A stretch of DNA of 41,656 bases from Macrostomum lignano (lineage: Eukaryota). Shown here one piece after another: positions 21,673-32,477 of the stretch (position 1 is the stretch's first letter; every line of letters starts with the position of its first letter). The DNA is taken from contig NIVC01003818.1 in the NCBI GenBank assembly GCA_002269645.1, positions 1 through 41,656 of the forward strand, read 5' to 3'. The notes under the pieces were generated by a model. It did not search any database. It was not told the DNA's origin and saw only the letters and a list, made by a program, of their open reading frames with translations. A program made the translations under genes and the position numbers.

Positions 21673-23193
21673 ATGGCCTTCGAGCCGACTATGGATAAAC
21701 AAGCTATTTCTAGGGACGGGGACCCTTCTAAACCCCAACCTCAGTCCGAAGGACCGGCCGGCCCTGCTGGCAGATCCCAACCGACTGATTCAACTGTGGC
21801 AAAGGAAGGACCGGCTGGCTCTGCTGGCAGATCCGACCAGAGCTACCAAACTCAAAATACCCTAAGACCTGCCAGCTCCGCTGGTGGATCTAAGGGAACC
21901 GCGAGCTCTGAGCCTAAAGGACCGGCCAAATCTGGCAGATCCGATGAAGCTCAGCGGGCTCGGCTTGAGCGCAAACGCGCTAAACAACGCGCCAAAAGGC
22001 AGGCCAAGAAGGGAGCTGCGGGGGCCAAAGCGGCGGCGTCCACCATGGATGCTGAAGCGACTGGAGTCCCAAGGCAACCAGGCGGGCCGGCCGGTGGAAG
22101 CTCCAGTAGTTCAGCGGCGGCGCTCCCTGGAGCTGCTGCCGCGGCTGCTGAGGCCGAAACCACGGCGCAACAAATGGCCACTGCCAACAAGGAGGTTCCT
22201 TCGGGAGCTACCTTTGCGGCGAAGGCCAAGGCCAAAATCCCGGGAGTGATCATCCAAGGTCGCGACCAGGACTGGACCACTGATCAGCTTCAAAAAGTGT
22301 GGAGTGCTGTTGACTCCTATCTGATTGAGCTGACTGTCGAGGAGGGAATCTCCATCGGCGTTGAGCGGATGGTGCTGCGAAGCACATTCGTTCTTATTGC
22401 TCCTAGCAGCGAGGAGGACGCTCGGCGGCTGCTCCAGCGGCTACCGACGGTCTCCTTGGATGCTGACCTTGGCGGAGCTCTTTTTCTTCGCGAGGGCCAG
22501 CGTCCAAAGACGATACCCTATGTGGTTTTCGTCCCTGCTAAGAGCACCGCAGCTGGACCAGACGTTATTCGCCGGGTCCTACTGCGTCTGAACCCCGACC
22601 TCCCTGCTAGTGGACTGGTGTATCACCGTAAAGTCCGCAGGGGGGAGACGGGCAACTCAATTGTCCTCGGCCTTTCCAGCACTTGGGCGAGTCGGTACCC
22701 TAATGGATCCTCTTTCCAGCTGGGTGCCCTCAAGCTCAAGTTGCGCCGAGGAAAGTCTGCCAAAGGGAAGGCTACTGCCAACCCCGGCATCTCCGGCAAG
22801 AGCGGGGCGCAGTCTAAGGCCCAAGGAAAGGCGCAAGCCGATCCCAAAGCCAAAGCTGCATCTCGCCCCTCTGCTAGCAGCAGTTCGGCGACCGCGGTAA
22901 CGGCTCCGGCCGAGCCCCGGGAACCAAACCTGCCAGTCGGAGAAGGAGTTGAGGACGAGGCCGGGTCTTCGGAATCCGAGCTCTCCTCGGCCACCTTGGT
23001 GGGGTCTGAAGGTAAAGATGCAGGTGAGGAAGCTTCCTCCATCCTGTCATCGGAGCCTGAGGACTCTGCTGGGGGGCCGGTGGGGGTGAGGAGGCCATGG
23101 ACGTCGACCAACTCCCATCTCCCAGTCAAGCCCCAGCGGCCTGGGACGAGGACGATCTGTTGTCCAAGTCTCCTTGATGGCCCTGGGCTCTAG
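21673..23193 (+). CDS. Non-LTR retrotransposon ORF1 (low-complexity N-terminus, basic coil, central domain); C-terminus probably frameshifted at G6 23071-23076
   Basis: Long ORF directly upstream of ORF2; first ATG at 21673 (track start 21616 is a GTG). Confidence 0.82.
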   Translation: MAFEPTMDKQAISRDGDPSKPQPQSEGPAGPAGRSQPTDSTVAKEGPAGSAGRSDQSYQTQNTLRPASSAGGSKGTASSEPKGPAKSGRSDEAQRARLERKRAKQRAKRQAKKGAAGAKAAASTMDAEATGVPRQPGGPAGGSSSSSAAALPGAAAAAAEAETTAQQMATANKEVPSGATFAAKAKAKIPGVIIQGRDQDWTTDQLQKVWSAVDSYLIELTVEEGISIGVERMVLRSTFVLIAPSSEEDARRLLQRLPTVSLDADLGGALFLREGQRPKTIPYVVFVPAKSTAAGPDVIRRVLLRLNPDLPASGLVYHRKVRRGETGNSIVLGLSSTWASRYPNGSSFQLGALKLKLRRGKSAKGKATANPGISGKSGAQSKAQGKAQADPKAKAASRPSASSSSATAVTAPAEPREPNLPVGEGVEDEAGSSESELSSATLVGSEGKDAGEEASSILSSEPEDSAGGPVGVRRPWTSTNSHLPVKPQRPGTRTICCPSLLDGPGL

Positions 23194-23216
23194 CCAGATA
23201 TTGCATTTAATACAGT

Positions 23217-26200
23217 ATGACTAAGCTCCACGCTGCCAAAGGAGCGACATTCTGTCTGCAAATAAATTTACAGCATTGCGTATCTGCGTCAGTAAATCTG
23301 ATGAAGATTGCTGAGCTGTACAGGCCAGGCCTCATCCTGATCCAGGAACCCTGGATGCGCAACGGTAAGTTGCCCAACATTCCCTCTGGCTACTCTGATT
23401 TTTATGTGTGTGGCCCGGGGAACAGCCGCCCTAGAGCGGCTATCCTCGCTGCTAGCCATCTCCAGGCTTGGCTGAGGACTGATCTCTCTGATGGAGACCT
23501 TTGCGTCATCCAATCTAATCATTTCTCTCCGCGTACGTGTCTTGTTGCCTCGGTTTATATCCCAGGCGACAGAGACCCTGCTCCCGAGAGTTTACTGCGC
23601 CTTGCGCAGTACTGCGAGTCCCAGAACGCTGAGCTGTGCTTAGGGGGCGACCTCAACGCGCACCACAAGCACTGGGGCAGCAAAGATACCAACACTAGAG
23701 GAGAGGAGCTTCTGGCCCTCATCTCTAACACAAACCTCATGCTCTGCAACCGCGGCAGCACTCCTACCTTTAATAATGGCAGATGGACCGAGGTCCTCGA
23801 CGCCACACTCGTTACCCCAAGACTCTTTGACAGAGTCAAGGAGTGGAGAGTCTGGTCTGAGGAGCCCTCCCTGTCTGACCACTGCTTTATCGCCTTTAAT
23901 ATCGCGGACACTAAAACCCAGTCTCCGATCACTTGGAGACGCAATATCCGCAACACTGATTGGGCGGCCTACAAGGCTGCCCTTGATCTGCACCTGCAGG
24001 AACTCACGGACTTACGTCCGATTGAGACCTGCGAGGATGTGGATCATATGGCTGAGACGCTGACAGGTTGCATTATTGCAGCCTACGAAGCGGCTTGTCC
24101 TGCTCGCGCCTACAGAGGCAAGACCTCGGCGCCGTGGTGGAACCCGGAGCTGGGGAAACTCAGGCGGAAGGCCAAAAGCCTTCATCGCCGTGCCATGAAG
24201 ACCGGAAACCCGGAGGACATGGAGCTTTTCCGGCAAGCCTCCCGCAATTTCAAATCTGAAGTGCGCAAGGCCAAGGAATGTAAGTGGCGCCAATTCTGCA
24301 ATGAATTGGATCAAGACAGACCTACTTCTAGGCTTGTCAAGGCCCTTACAATGGACAAAATGTCCAAATTAGCCATGATCAAAAAAGATGATGGCTCTCT
24401 TACTAAAGACCCTGAAGAAGTGCTTCAGCATATGCTTAGCACATTCTTCCCGAGGGTACCTACTGCTAGACCGGAGCCCAACCATTCGATGGATGGAGCC
24501 ACCCTAGCGGCGGGCATTGTCACTGAAGACCTAATCGCTCGTGCGGTCAGAACCTTCAAACCCTTCAAATCTCCTGGACCTGATGGTATCTACCCTGTTC
24601 TCCTTCGTGAAGCAGCCAAGATACCCTCGTTCCTGAGACTCACCCGCAATCTTATGCGGGCCTCTATCCAGCTGGGATACGTTCCCAAAAGCTGGACTGA
24701 AGCTCGAGTAGTCTTTATTCCCAAACCTGGGAAGGGTGACTACCAAAGCGTCAAGGCCTTCCGGCCAATTAGCTTAACGTCAGCAATGCTTAAGCTCACT
24801 GAGAGGCTTATTCTCTGGCGGCTGCTCTCCTGCGAGCTGACAGCGATGCCCCTCAGCAATAATCAGCACGCCTTCCGTACCGGGAGGTCGACTGACAGCG
24901 CCCTGCATGCGATTGTCGAAAAGATTGAACGGGCGGTACTGGGTGACGGTTACGCCCTGGCTCTCTTTCTTGACATTGTTGGCGCCTTCGACAACGTTAT
25001 CTTTGAAGCGTTTCAGAGGGCCCTTCAAAATCGCAAAGCTCATGCTACCCTCATACGGTGGATCATGTACATGATCTCCAACCGTACGGTCACTGCCCAA
25101 CTTCTTGGGCAAACTGCCTCCACCAGAGTCTGTAAGGGTGGACCCCAAGGCGGAGTCCTCACCCCGACGCTCTGGAACCTGGTCATGGACGCTCTTCTGA
25201 GTGACTCCCGACCTGACCCCGTCTTCAAAGTCGGGTATGCTGATGACGTCACGGCCATTGTGGCAGGACCGTCTCCCAGCACGCTCAGGGATCTGATGCA
25301 GAGCTTTATCCGCAAAGCAGAATCCTGGGCCAATGACAATGGTTTGGAACTCTCTGAGCCCAAAACCGTTGCCATTATGTTTACCAGCAGACTACGCTGG
25401 AACATACGTCCTCTGCAGCTCTACGGCAGAGATATTGCCTTCGCGCACCAGACCAGATGTCTCGGGGTCACACTTGACCACCGGCTCAACTGGTCCTTCC
25501 ACGTGAAAGCAAAAGCTAAGCGTGCCTCAGCCATCCTGGCCCAGCTCCGACGAGCACTTGGCACTTCTTGGGGTCTATCCCCAAAGCGGCTTTGGTGGAT
25601 CTATACTTCCGTAGTTAGACCTGCCATTACGTACGCCTCTGTTGTCTGGGTTAGCGCTACCCAGGTCAAAAGCCATGCAGACCTGCTCAACACGATCCAA
25701 GGCAGAGCGTGTAGGCTCATCTGCAACGCCACCAGGTCCACGCCCTTTGCTGGCATGGGGGCCTTTCTTAATCTTCCGCCTCTTGACCTCTTCATCAGGG
25801 GTGAGGCGGCTAGAACGACGCGGCGTCTAATTGATGCCGGCGTCAAATTCATTTACATGAGAGCACCTGCTAAGCGGAACCTTGTCCCGCATAGCGATCT
25901 GTGCCTCAACTTTCTCAACGAGTGTCAGGCCAATCGCGTCTTCACCGATGGCATTGCCTCAACGCTCAACCTGAGACAGCGCTACTCCGTAGCTATCGAC
26001 TCGCGCGATAACATCAATGACCATTGGAACCCTGGTGAGCTTCATTGCTACACCGACGGTTCTAAGCAGTCAGCCAACACCGGCTTTGGTGTTGGAATCT
26101 TTCTGAACGGGAGGGTCATCGCTACCCACGCTCAATACACTGGGGTCAACTCCAGTGTTTTCCAAAATGAAGTTCTGGCCATCAGCTCCTGCACTGCAGA

Positions 26201-26957
26201 GCTTCTCGCCACTGGCGTTACTGGTAAGAACATCATTTTCCATTCGGACAGCCAAGCTGCCTTGCACGCCATCAGTGGCTGCAGCACCAACTCTGCTACA
26301 GTCCTTGACTGTATCAAACTCCTCAATATGTTGGGTTCCGCCAACAAAATTACCCTTAAGTGGGTTCCGGGGCATGTGGGGATCCGAGGAAATGAGTTGG
26401 CTGACACCCTTGCAAAAGTTGGTGCCTCCGGCTCCTCTCTCGGCCCCGAACCTCTTGTCCCGATTCCTGGCTGTGTCATCGACTCGCGCATCAAAGCGTG
26501 GATCAGGACTCAGCACCGCTCGACTTGGGCGAACCGCACGAACTGCAGGCAATCCAGAGGCGCTGTCCCTCAGCCCTCTCACCAGCTCCGGAAGCTCCTC
26601 TTGCGCCTCTCGCGCAGAGACATCCGGGCTGCCACCATGACCCTCTCTGGTCACGGCTGCTTCTCCAGGCACCAGTACCTGCAGGGCAACGCCACCAACG
26701 CCACCTGTAGTTTCTGCAACTCAGGTGACGAAACCGCTGAGCATTTCGTCAGCATCTGTCCCGCCTTCACGCGGGCCAGACTCACTTACCTCGGGCCACA
26801 CACATCTATTACTGAAGCGTGCAAACCCGAAAACTTTAATCAGCTCATGCGCTACCTTCGGGCCACCCGCAGGGCTGAACTCTCCTTTCCAGAGAGCACC
26901 ATAGCTGCTGGCGACACTGGGGGACCTCCCTGGGCGGCGCCAACCCTCCGTCCATAG
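23217..26957 (+). CDS. Non-LTR retrotransposon ORF2: APE endonuclease, RT, RNase H and CCHC finger (1246 aa, intact)
   Basis: QINLQH..LIQEPW, GGDLNAHH..WGS, SDH; PGPDGI, RPISL, PQGGVLTP.LW, GYADD; YTDGS, VFQNEVLA, HSDSQAAL, WVPGHVGIRGNELAD; CSFCNSGDETAEHFVSIC. Confidence 0.96.
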   Translation: MTKLHAAKGATFCLQINLQHCVSASVNLMKIAELYRPGLILIQEPWMRNGKLPNIPSGYSDFYVCGPGNSRPRAAILAASHLQAWLRTDLSDGDLCVIQSNHFSPRTCLVASVYIPGDRDPAPESLLRLAQYCESQNAELCLGGDLNAHHKHWGSKDTNTRGEELLALISNTNLMLCNRGSTPTFNNGRWTEVLDATLVTPRLFDRVKEWRVWSEEPSLSDHCFIAFNIADTKTQSPITWRRNIRNTDWAAYKAALDLHLQELTDLRPIETCEDVDHMAETLTGCIIAAYEAACPARAYRGKTSAPWWNPELGKLRRKAKSLHRRAMKTGNPEDMELFRQASRNFKSEVRKAKECKWRQFCNELDQDRPTSRLVKALTMDKMSKLAMIKKDDGSLTKDPEEVLQHMLSTFFPRVPTARPEPNHSMDGATLAAGIVTEDLIARAVRTFKPFKSPGPDGIYPVLLREAAKIPSFLRLTRNLMRASIQLGYVPKSWTEARVVFIPKPGKGDYQSVKAFRPISLTSAMLKLTERLILWRLLSCELTAMPLSNNQHAFRTGRSTDSALHAIVEKIERAVLGDGYALALFLDIVGAFDNVIFEAFQRALQNRKAHATLIRWIMYMISNRTVTAQLLGQTASTRVCKGGPQGGVLTPTLWNLVMDALLSDSRPDPVFKVGYADDVTAIVAGPSPSTLRDLMQSFIRKAESWANDNGLELSEPKTVAIMFTSRLRWNIRPLQLYGRDIAFAHQTRCLGVTLDHRLNWSFHVKAKAKRASAILAQLRRALGTSWGLSPKRLWWIYTSVVRPAITYASVVWVSATQVKSHADLLNTIQGRACRLICNATRSTPFAGMGAFLNLPPLDLFIRGEAARTTRRLIDAGVKFIYMRAPAKRNLVPHSDLCLNFLNECQANRVFTDGIASTLNLRQRYSVAIDSRDNINDHWNPGELHCYTDGSKQSANTGFGVGIFLNGRVIATHAQYTGVNSSVFQNEVLAISSCTAELLATGVTGKNIIFHSDSQAALHAISGCSTNSATVLDCIKLLNMLGSANKITLKWVPGHVGIRGNELADTLAKVGASGSSLGPEPLVPIPGCVIDSRIKAWIRTQHRSTWANRTNCRQSRGAVPQPSHQLRKLLLRLSRRDIRAATMTLSGHGCFSRHQYLQGNATNATCSFCNSGDETAEHFVSICPAFTRARLTYLGPHTSITEACKPENFNQLMRYLRATRRAELSFPESTIAAGDTGGPPWAAPTLRP

Positions 26958-27155
26958 CGACGCGTCGGCCGTTCAGGGACTAGCGGAATGGGCGCCCGCG
27001 CCTTCCCGCTGTGTCCCCTCCGGGACAGCCCTGCAGCTAAGTCAAGTAAGTCAAGAGCTAGAGAAAATGATCAATTTGTCAAGAATTGCGACTGGAGATA
27101 CGAGCGTATCTCCGGACTTGAACAGCAAGAGTACGAGTTTATCTCACGACTGTCT

Positions 27156-28527
27156 ATGAGCCCTGATGTGGCTGGATTGATTAACCAATACACCGGTGTG
27201 TCATTGGAGGACACTGAGGCCTTGGATAAATTCTTGTCTGAGGTTGATTCCGATGCGGATACCAGTGTGCAAACAACACTATTGGATCTGGATCAAGCTG
27301 ATATGGACTTTATATCAAAAAGTCCAAGTCTCCCGCAACCGTGGCCCAGACGAAAATGCACGTAGCTCGCTTGAAAGAATTTCTTCGTTTGAGAAAACTA
27401 CCGGATTGCATCGAGACCATGCCGCTTAGGTATGTAGACAGTTACCTGAGACTCTGCTATGTGAATCTCAAGATTTTTGACGAAGAAGGAGAGCGCCACT
27501 ATGCCCCCGACACTTTTCGCTGTTTTCGGGCAAGTATTCAACGTTACCTTGTGGAAGTTCGTGGATCAAAAGTGATTGGGGAAGACGCGTTTCGCCTTAG
27601 CAATCAAACGTACAACGGCATGCTGAGTCTATGCTGTAAGCATCGCAAGCGCACAATTGGCGAGAGCTCTGGATATGTGGCCATTTCTGAAATCGACATG
27701 GAGAAGCTTAGCAAGTACTTTGACAAAAGTGATCCGCAAAGGCTTCAAGACGAATTCTTCTTTTTGGTTATGTACCACTTCGGCTTCCGTGGTAGAGAGA
27801 CAATCCGGGGGCTGAAGAAGTCTGACCTGATTGTCTTGTCGGTAAACGGCGTTAAGTGTGTTGACCTGATCAAGGATGGAGCAGAGAAAACCATCACAGA
27901 GAGGGACTGGGCTGACGGCAAACAGATCCGTCTTTCCGCAACCGACGATAACAGATGCCCTGTCGCGGCCGTGGAGAAGTACCTGTCTAAGATTGCGGAG
28001 CTGGTCAGTGTGCTTTTTCCGAAACCTATGAAGATCAAGCCTGGGGCAGCTAATTGATATTCTTCAACCTGTGTTCTTGGAAAAAACACGCTTAATGATA
28101 TGATGAAAAGGTATCTGAACGTGCTGGACTCAGTCGTGTCTATACTAATCATTGCGTAAGAGCTACGACCGTGACGAACTTGGCTGACAGCGGACACTCT
28201 ATGGATGAAATCAAGGCTGTAACAGGTCAGTGTTCAGTTGTTTTTGTAGTGTGCTAAGTTATAGAGATTATAGCATCACTCTAAAGAAACCGATTTTTTG
28301 TAGGTTATCGCCGCGATGAATCCGTCAATCGATACACCAAGCGCATCTCTGAGAAGAGAAAGATCCAGGTTTCTCGCAGTCTCACGGAAGCATTGCACTC
28401 AGAGTCGAAGATGTCGAATGTGGTTTCAATTGAGCACCGCCAGACGGAGTACAATGAGCCTGGCCCGTCGCGCAACCCAATAGCTACTCTGGAGAAGGAT
28501 GGAGCTAAAATTAGCTTCTTCTTGTAA
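27156..28527 (+). pseudogene. Crypton-type tyrosine recombinase (DUF3504/KCTD1-ZMYM-related), two exons, disrupted
   Basis: HFGFRGRE (catalytic Arg), YTNHCVRAT (HxxR) and VTG|YRRDESVNRY (catalytic Tyr) across a 78-bp GT-AG intron (28226-28303). Frameshifts near 27320 and 28110; TGA at 28055-28057. Confidence 0.82.
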
Positions 28528-28973
28528 AAGAGGCAAGCAGTGAATGGAAGCAAGATGTGAACCTGTAACGGACAATGAATTTTGCTAGCAATGTTTGTGA
28601 CAATTACATTTAATGGTTATTTGTTAATTACGAGTACATATGTTATACTCAATCGTTCTGGCAAAAGTTTGGCCACAGACTAGCCTCACATATCCTCATT
28701 TCGGCCCGCGATGTGGCCTGCGAAATCTAGACACAATATAAAATGTCGTCGCCTCAAGATTGCTGCACTAGGCTGATAAAATTTATGTCTGTTGCGCATT
28801 TGATCTGATGACAATGCTATCTTCTTTATATTTCTAAGCTTATTCATTTAGTATATGGTTCCTAGGGACTCAATGCAACTGTATCTTTCTTTTGTGTTAA
28901 GATTCGATAAGCTTCTTTTATTAAAAAGGATTACAAGCGCTACGAGCCGCTGCAGAAAAAAAGGTATATTCTT

Positions 28974-29070
28974 CTGTATGGTATATTTATGTGTATATTT
29001 ATGGTATATTCTGTATGGTATATTATGGTATATATATTTATGGTATATATTTATAAAAGGTATATTTTTA
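28974..29070 (+). repeat. Degenerate (TATGGTATAT)n low-complexity repeat
   Basis: Directly visible. Confidence 0.7.
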
Positions 29071-30814
29071 TCGCGCAGGATAAACTTCTCCGATCCGAGT
29101 GTTCGTTCCCGCTCTGTGGCTCTGTTATGCCATAAAAATCTTTCTGCCGTACTAAGCAGCTTATCCATACTGGTATACTCTTCCCCATTCAGCTTTGATG
29201 AAGCTAAAGAGCTTGGTTGCTTTCGTTTTATAACACTAAATAAAACTTTCTGATTCAAACAAAGATTCTCTCTCTAAGTAGCCCCCTCGCTACATGTAGT
29301 CTCAAAACCGGACTTAACGTTTCAAGAGAAATAAAAAACACCACACGCCATTTGAAATTACAAATTTTCTAAATTTCAAACGTGCTACTCGATTTTCTGA
29401 TGTTTGTCTGCGTTAACGGGGAATTTTAAATTGGTGCTTGTAAAATTTAAAACGTCATGGTGTGCAATAACCGCGAATATTGGGGTGTCTGCCTTCTTGG
29501 AGTTTTTCGAGTCCTAAGACGCAAAAACGCCACGATTCGAATCCTAGCGATCTGATTTTGCGTGGAAAAAACTTTTTTTCAATTTGAAAATGCCTGTTCT
29601 ACGGACTTGACTGAGTCAATAGAACATTTCTGCGCACCTTCATGGCTCTGATTAAAAGAAGCTCGTGCGAACTCCTTAGCTGATCGAACCGTCTTATCAG
29701 TGTTCAGTTGCAGATTCTAGAATGATCTCAAATAGCAGTAGGGCGCGGTGGGAAGATAAGGAGACAGCAAAAAGCTGCCGAGATCGGCGGCGGATCGAGA
29801 AGAAAAGGAGACTTTCGAGCTGATAAGACGCGACTGCTGCCTGTAAATATAGGAATTGCCTTGGAGACGATTTCGAACTTTCGACTCGACTAAAAGCCGA
29901 AGAATGCGCATTTTCATTGATTAGACAAATTTAATGCTGGTATCAGTGAGTCGCAACGTATTCGCATCGTCGTTGGTCTTCGGTACTGCTTTATGCTTGA
30001 AAGTGCATGCAAATGTACACGCAATGTATATTAGCGTGGCTGGTAGGGGATTCCATAATTATACGAGTAGCTTTTGATGCTTATAGCAGCGATCTTCAAG
30101 CCAATCTTGCAGCATCCAGCGATGGGTCGAACCGCCCCGAATTGAATCGTTCAGCTCCATGTACGGTTCTGGGCTCGCTTGCTTGTGTTGCTGTGCTTCA
30201 CTTTGCTTCACCTGTCGCCCACCATTCTCGGTACATGTAAGAAAATCTTACCATAGCAACGGTAACAATTTGATGAAAGTGAAAGCCGTTTCTGCGATCT
30301 CTTTTTGTCTAAACAAGCTTCTAATCTTCAATTTGATTTTTAACTTTCGTGGCGAGGCAGGTGGGTGAAGTCGCTGGTTTCGCCCGCATGGTGATAAAAA
30401 CCATAGCGCCACTTTTTCAAGCAATGCATTCAAGTTGCAGATAGCAAACTCGAAAGTGAAGATAAAAGATTCCAGTGGCATTATGTGGCTGGCGCTATCA
30501 GCTGAGCAGCAGGTGATCAGAGCTGCCCCGCTCGGGCAACCAGTCAAAAAGTTCAAGTGCCGGTGGCTGCGCCGCTCACCCCTCTCTGCAATGCGTTGAC
30601 GCACGCTCAAAATAATTTTCAGACAGCCAAAACTCACCTGGCCTGGCCTCGACCAGTGCCAGCTGGCAGCGAGAGGCGTTCACCGCACGGCCTATTTGTT
30701 GTTCCGTCGTCATGGCAGCCGCGATAAAACCCCAACAGCAGCTGATAAATGTCGCCCAAGCCGCGAGTCCGAACTGCGAATCAGTTTTTTGGCGACCTCG
30801 AACCCACTGGGAAA

Positions 30815-31924
30815 ATGAGGCCGCTCCAAGCAACGCTGGCTGCAGCCCTGCTGCTGGCCTTCTGCGCCGGCTTCAATGCCGAATCAATCATCGGAACCGT
30901 TCAAGTGATGTACTCCGGCTACAAGTTCAATGGCTTGAAGGTGAACGCCTCCGGAGTAAACGAGTCGAAAGAAATTCACCGATTTCTCAGCATTCCGTAC
31001 GCTCAGCCGCCCACCGAAAACCGGCGGTTCGCCAAGCCCGAAGCGCTGGACTTCAGCAGAGACGTCCAAATCGATGCCAAAGAGCAGCCTCCGCTGTGCC
31101 CGCAGGACAACTCCACCAAGAGCCTGCCGTACAGCGAGGACTGCCTGTACATGAACATCTGGTCGCCTGACACCACCTCGGGTACCAAGTACCCCGTGCT
31201 GGTCTACATCCACGGTGGACGCTTCGAGACTGGCGGCATCGCTGAGCCGGAGTACCAGGGCGAGACCCTCGTGCGAAATCAGAACATCGTCTTTGTGACA
31301 ATCAACTACCGACTGGGCGCCACTGGCTTTCTCTACCTGGATTCGACACTGATGCCAGGTAACTTCGGCCTGTTGGATCAGCGCCTGGCTCTGAAGACGA
31401 TCACTGATATGATAAGTGCTTTCGGCGGAGACCCGAACAGAATCACCCTGGCCGGCCACGGAACCGGCTCCGCTTCTGTCGGGTTCCACATCGCCACTCA
31501 AGATGTCCCGGTCACCCGTGCGGTGATGATGGGCGGCTCGCACCTCATGCCCCTGGTCTGGTCGAACGACATCGATGCAGTGAGGGGCGTTAGTGAGCGC
31601 TTTGCGAACATTCAGCTGAACTGCGCTCGTGGGGAGGGCAAGCTTCAAGAGGTGATCGAATGCCTGCGAAATGACATCTCCATTGAGAAGCTGATCGAAG
31701 AGCAGAAGAACTACGAGAAGCTCTACATTTCGCTCGAGTTCATGCCCGTGCTGGACAAAGAGTTCTTTAACTTTATGGACCCGCTAATAACTTGGGGCGA
31801 GCGCCGTAAGAACGTCACTTTGCTGATGGGCGTCACCGCTGACTCCGGAATCGAGTTCGCCCTCAACTCGCTGCGCACTCGCAACCTGACCACCGACATC
31901 CTCAACCGCGATGTGTACTACGAG
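30815..31924 (+). CDS. Multi-domain cholinesterase-like protein, exon 1 (signal peptide plus most of domain A1)
   Basis: MRPLQATLAAALLLAFCAGFNA signal peptide; FLSIPYAQPP, SEDCLYMNIW, YIHGG, NYRLG, GNFGLLDQ, FGGDPNRITLAGHGTG; donor GAG|GTGAGT (phase 0). Confidence 0.92.
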
Positions 31925-31959
31925 GTGAGTAGCTTTTCCTATGCTAGGCGAATGTCCCC

Positions 31960-32375
31960 GCGGATATTGTTCATCCGGCTATCCAAGACCACCTGCTCTG
32001 TTGTAACAGTTGTTGCGACATTGAGCAAACTCAGCAGTTTTAAATTATTGATCGTTGTAGGACTGACTTTAGGCTCAATATACTTAAATTCATGTACATT
32101 AAAAACCAGAAACCAAATCTGACACATTCAACTTTCTCACAGTGGTGCGGGCCATTTACTCAAGGTATTCTAAGTGAAGGCACAACCCGATCATTGTACT
32201 CGCAATCTCTGCTCACTTACTCTGAACATTCTGCCCCTGATATGCCCTTGGACTGTACAGTAAACATTTGTTCTCTATTTATCTCTTATAAAAGTTGTTG
32301 CGTGAGTGAATATACATCAGACCCTGAAGATGGCCCTTGTTGGACCGAAACGCTATGGAAGAATTTAATCTAACT
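31960..32375 (+). mobile_element. Penelope-like element 3' remnant (GIY-YIG C-terminus plus hammerhead-like motif) in intron 1
   Basis: Translates as AIQDHLLCCNSCC...F*IIDRCRTDFRLNILKFMYIKNQKPNL, a typical PLE C-terminus. It is followed by TATAAAAG and CTGAAGA..GG.CC..GGACC-GAAAC (32324-32351). Confidence 0.65.
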
Positions 32376-32477
32376 TAATCTACGAGCTATGTTGATTTTC
32401 ACATTTATTTTCCATTGTTCGTTTACTTGTAAATCAATAAGCCTCATCCTCACCCCGCCTTGCCCGTCCCGCCGCAG

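Larger units (their letters stand above)
21146..27055 (+). mobile_element. Apparently full-length LOA/R1-like non-LTR retrotransposon
   Basis: Two ORFs; 3' tail (TAAGTCAAG)x2 at 27038-27055; TSD AGCTAGAGA at 21137-21145 and 27056-27064. Confidence 0.88.

Noticed and set aside
30749-32122. Active acetylcholinesterase (ace) annotation, and the track's extended ORF ends
   Set aside because: The catalytic Ser is absent in every domain; ORF tails past the donors (e.g. after 31924, 36483, 38299) are intron read-through.
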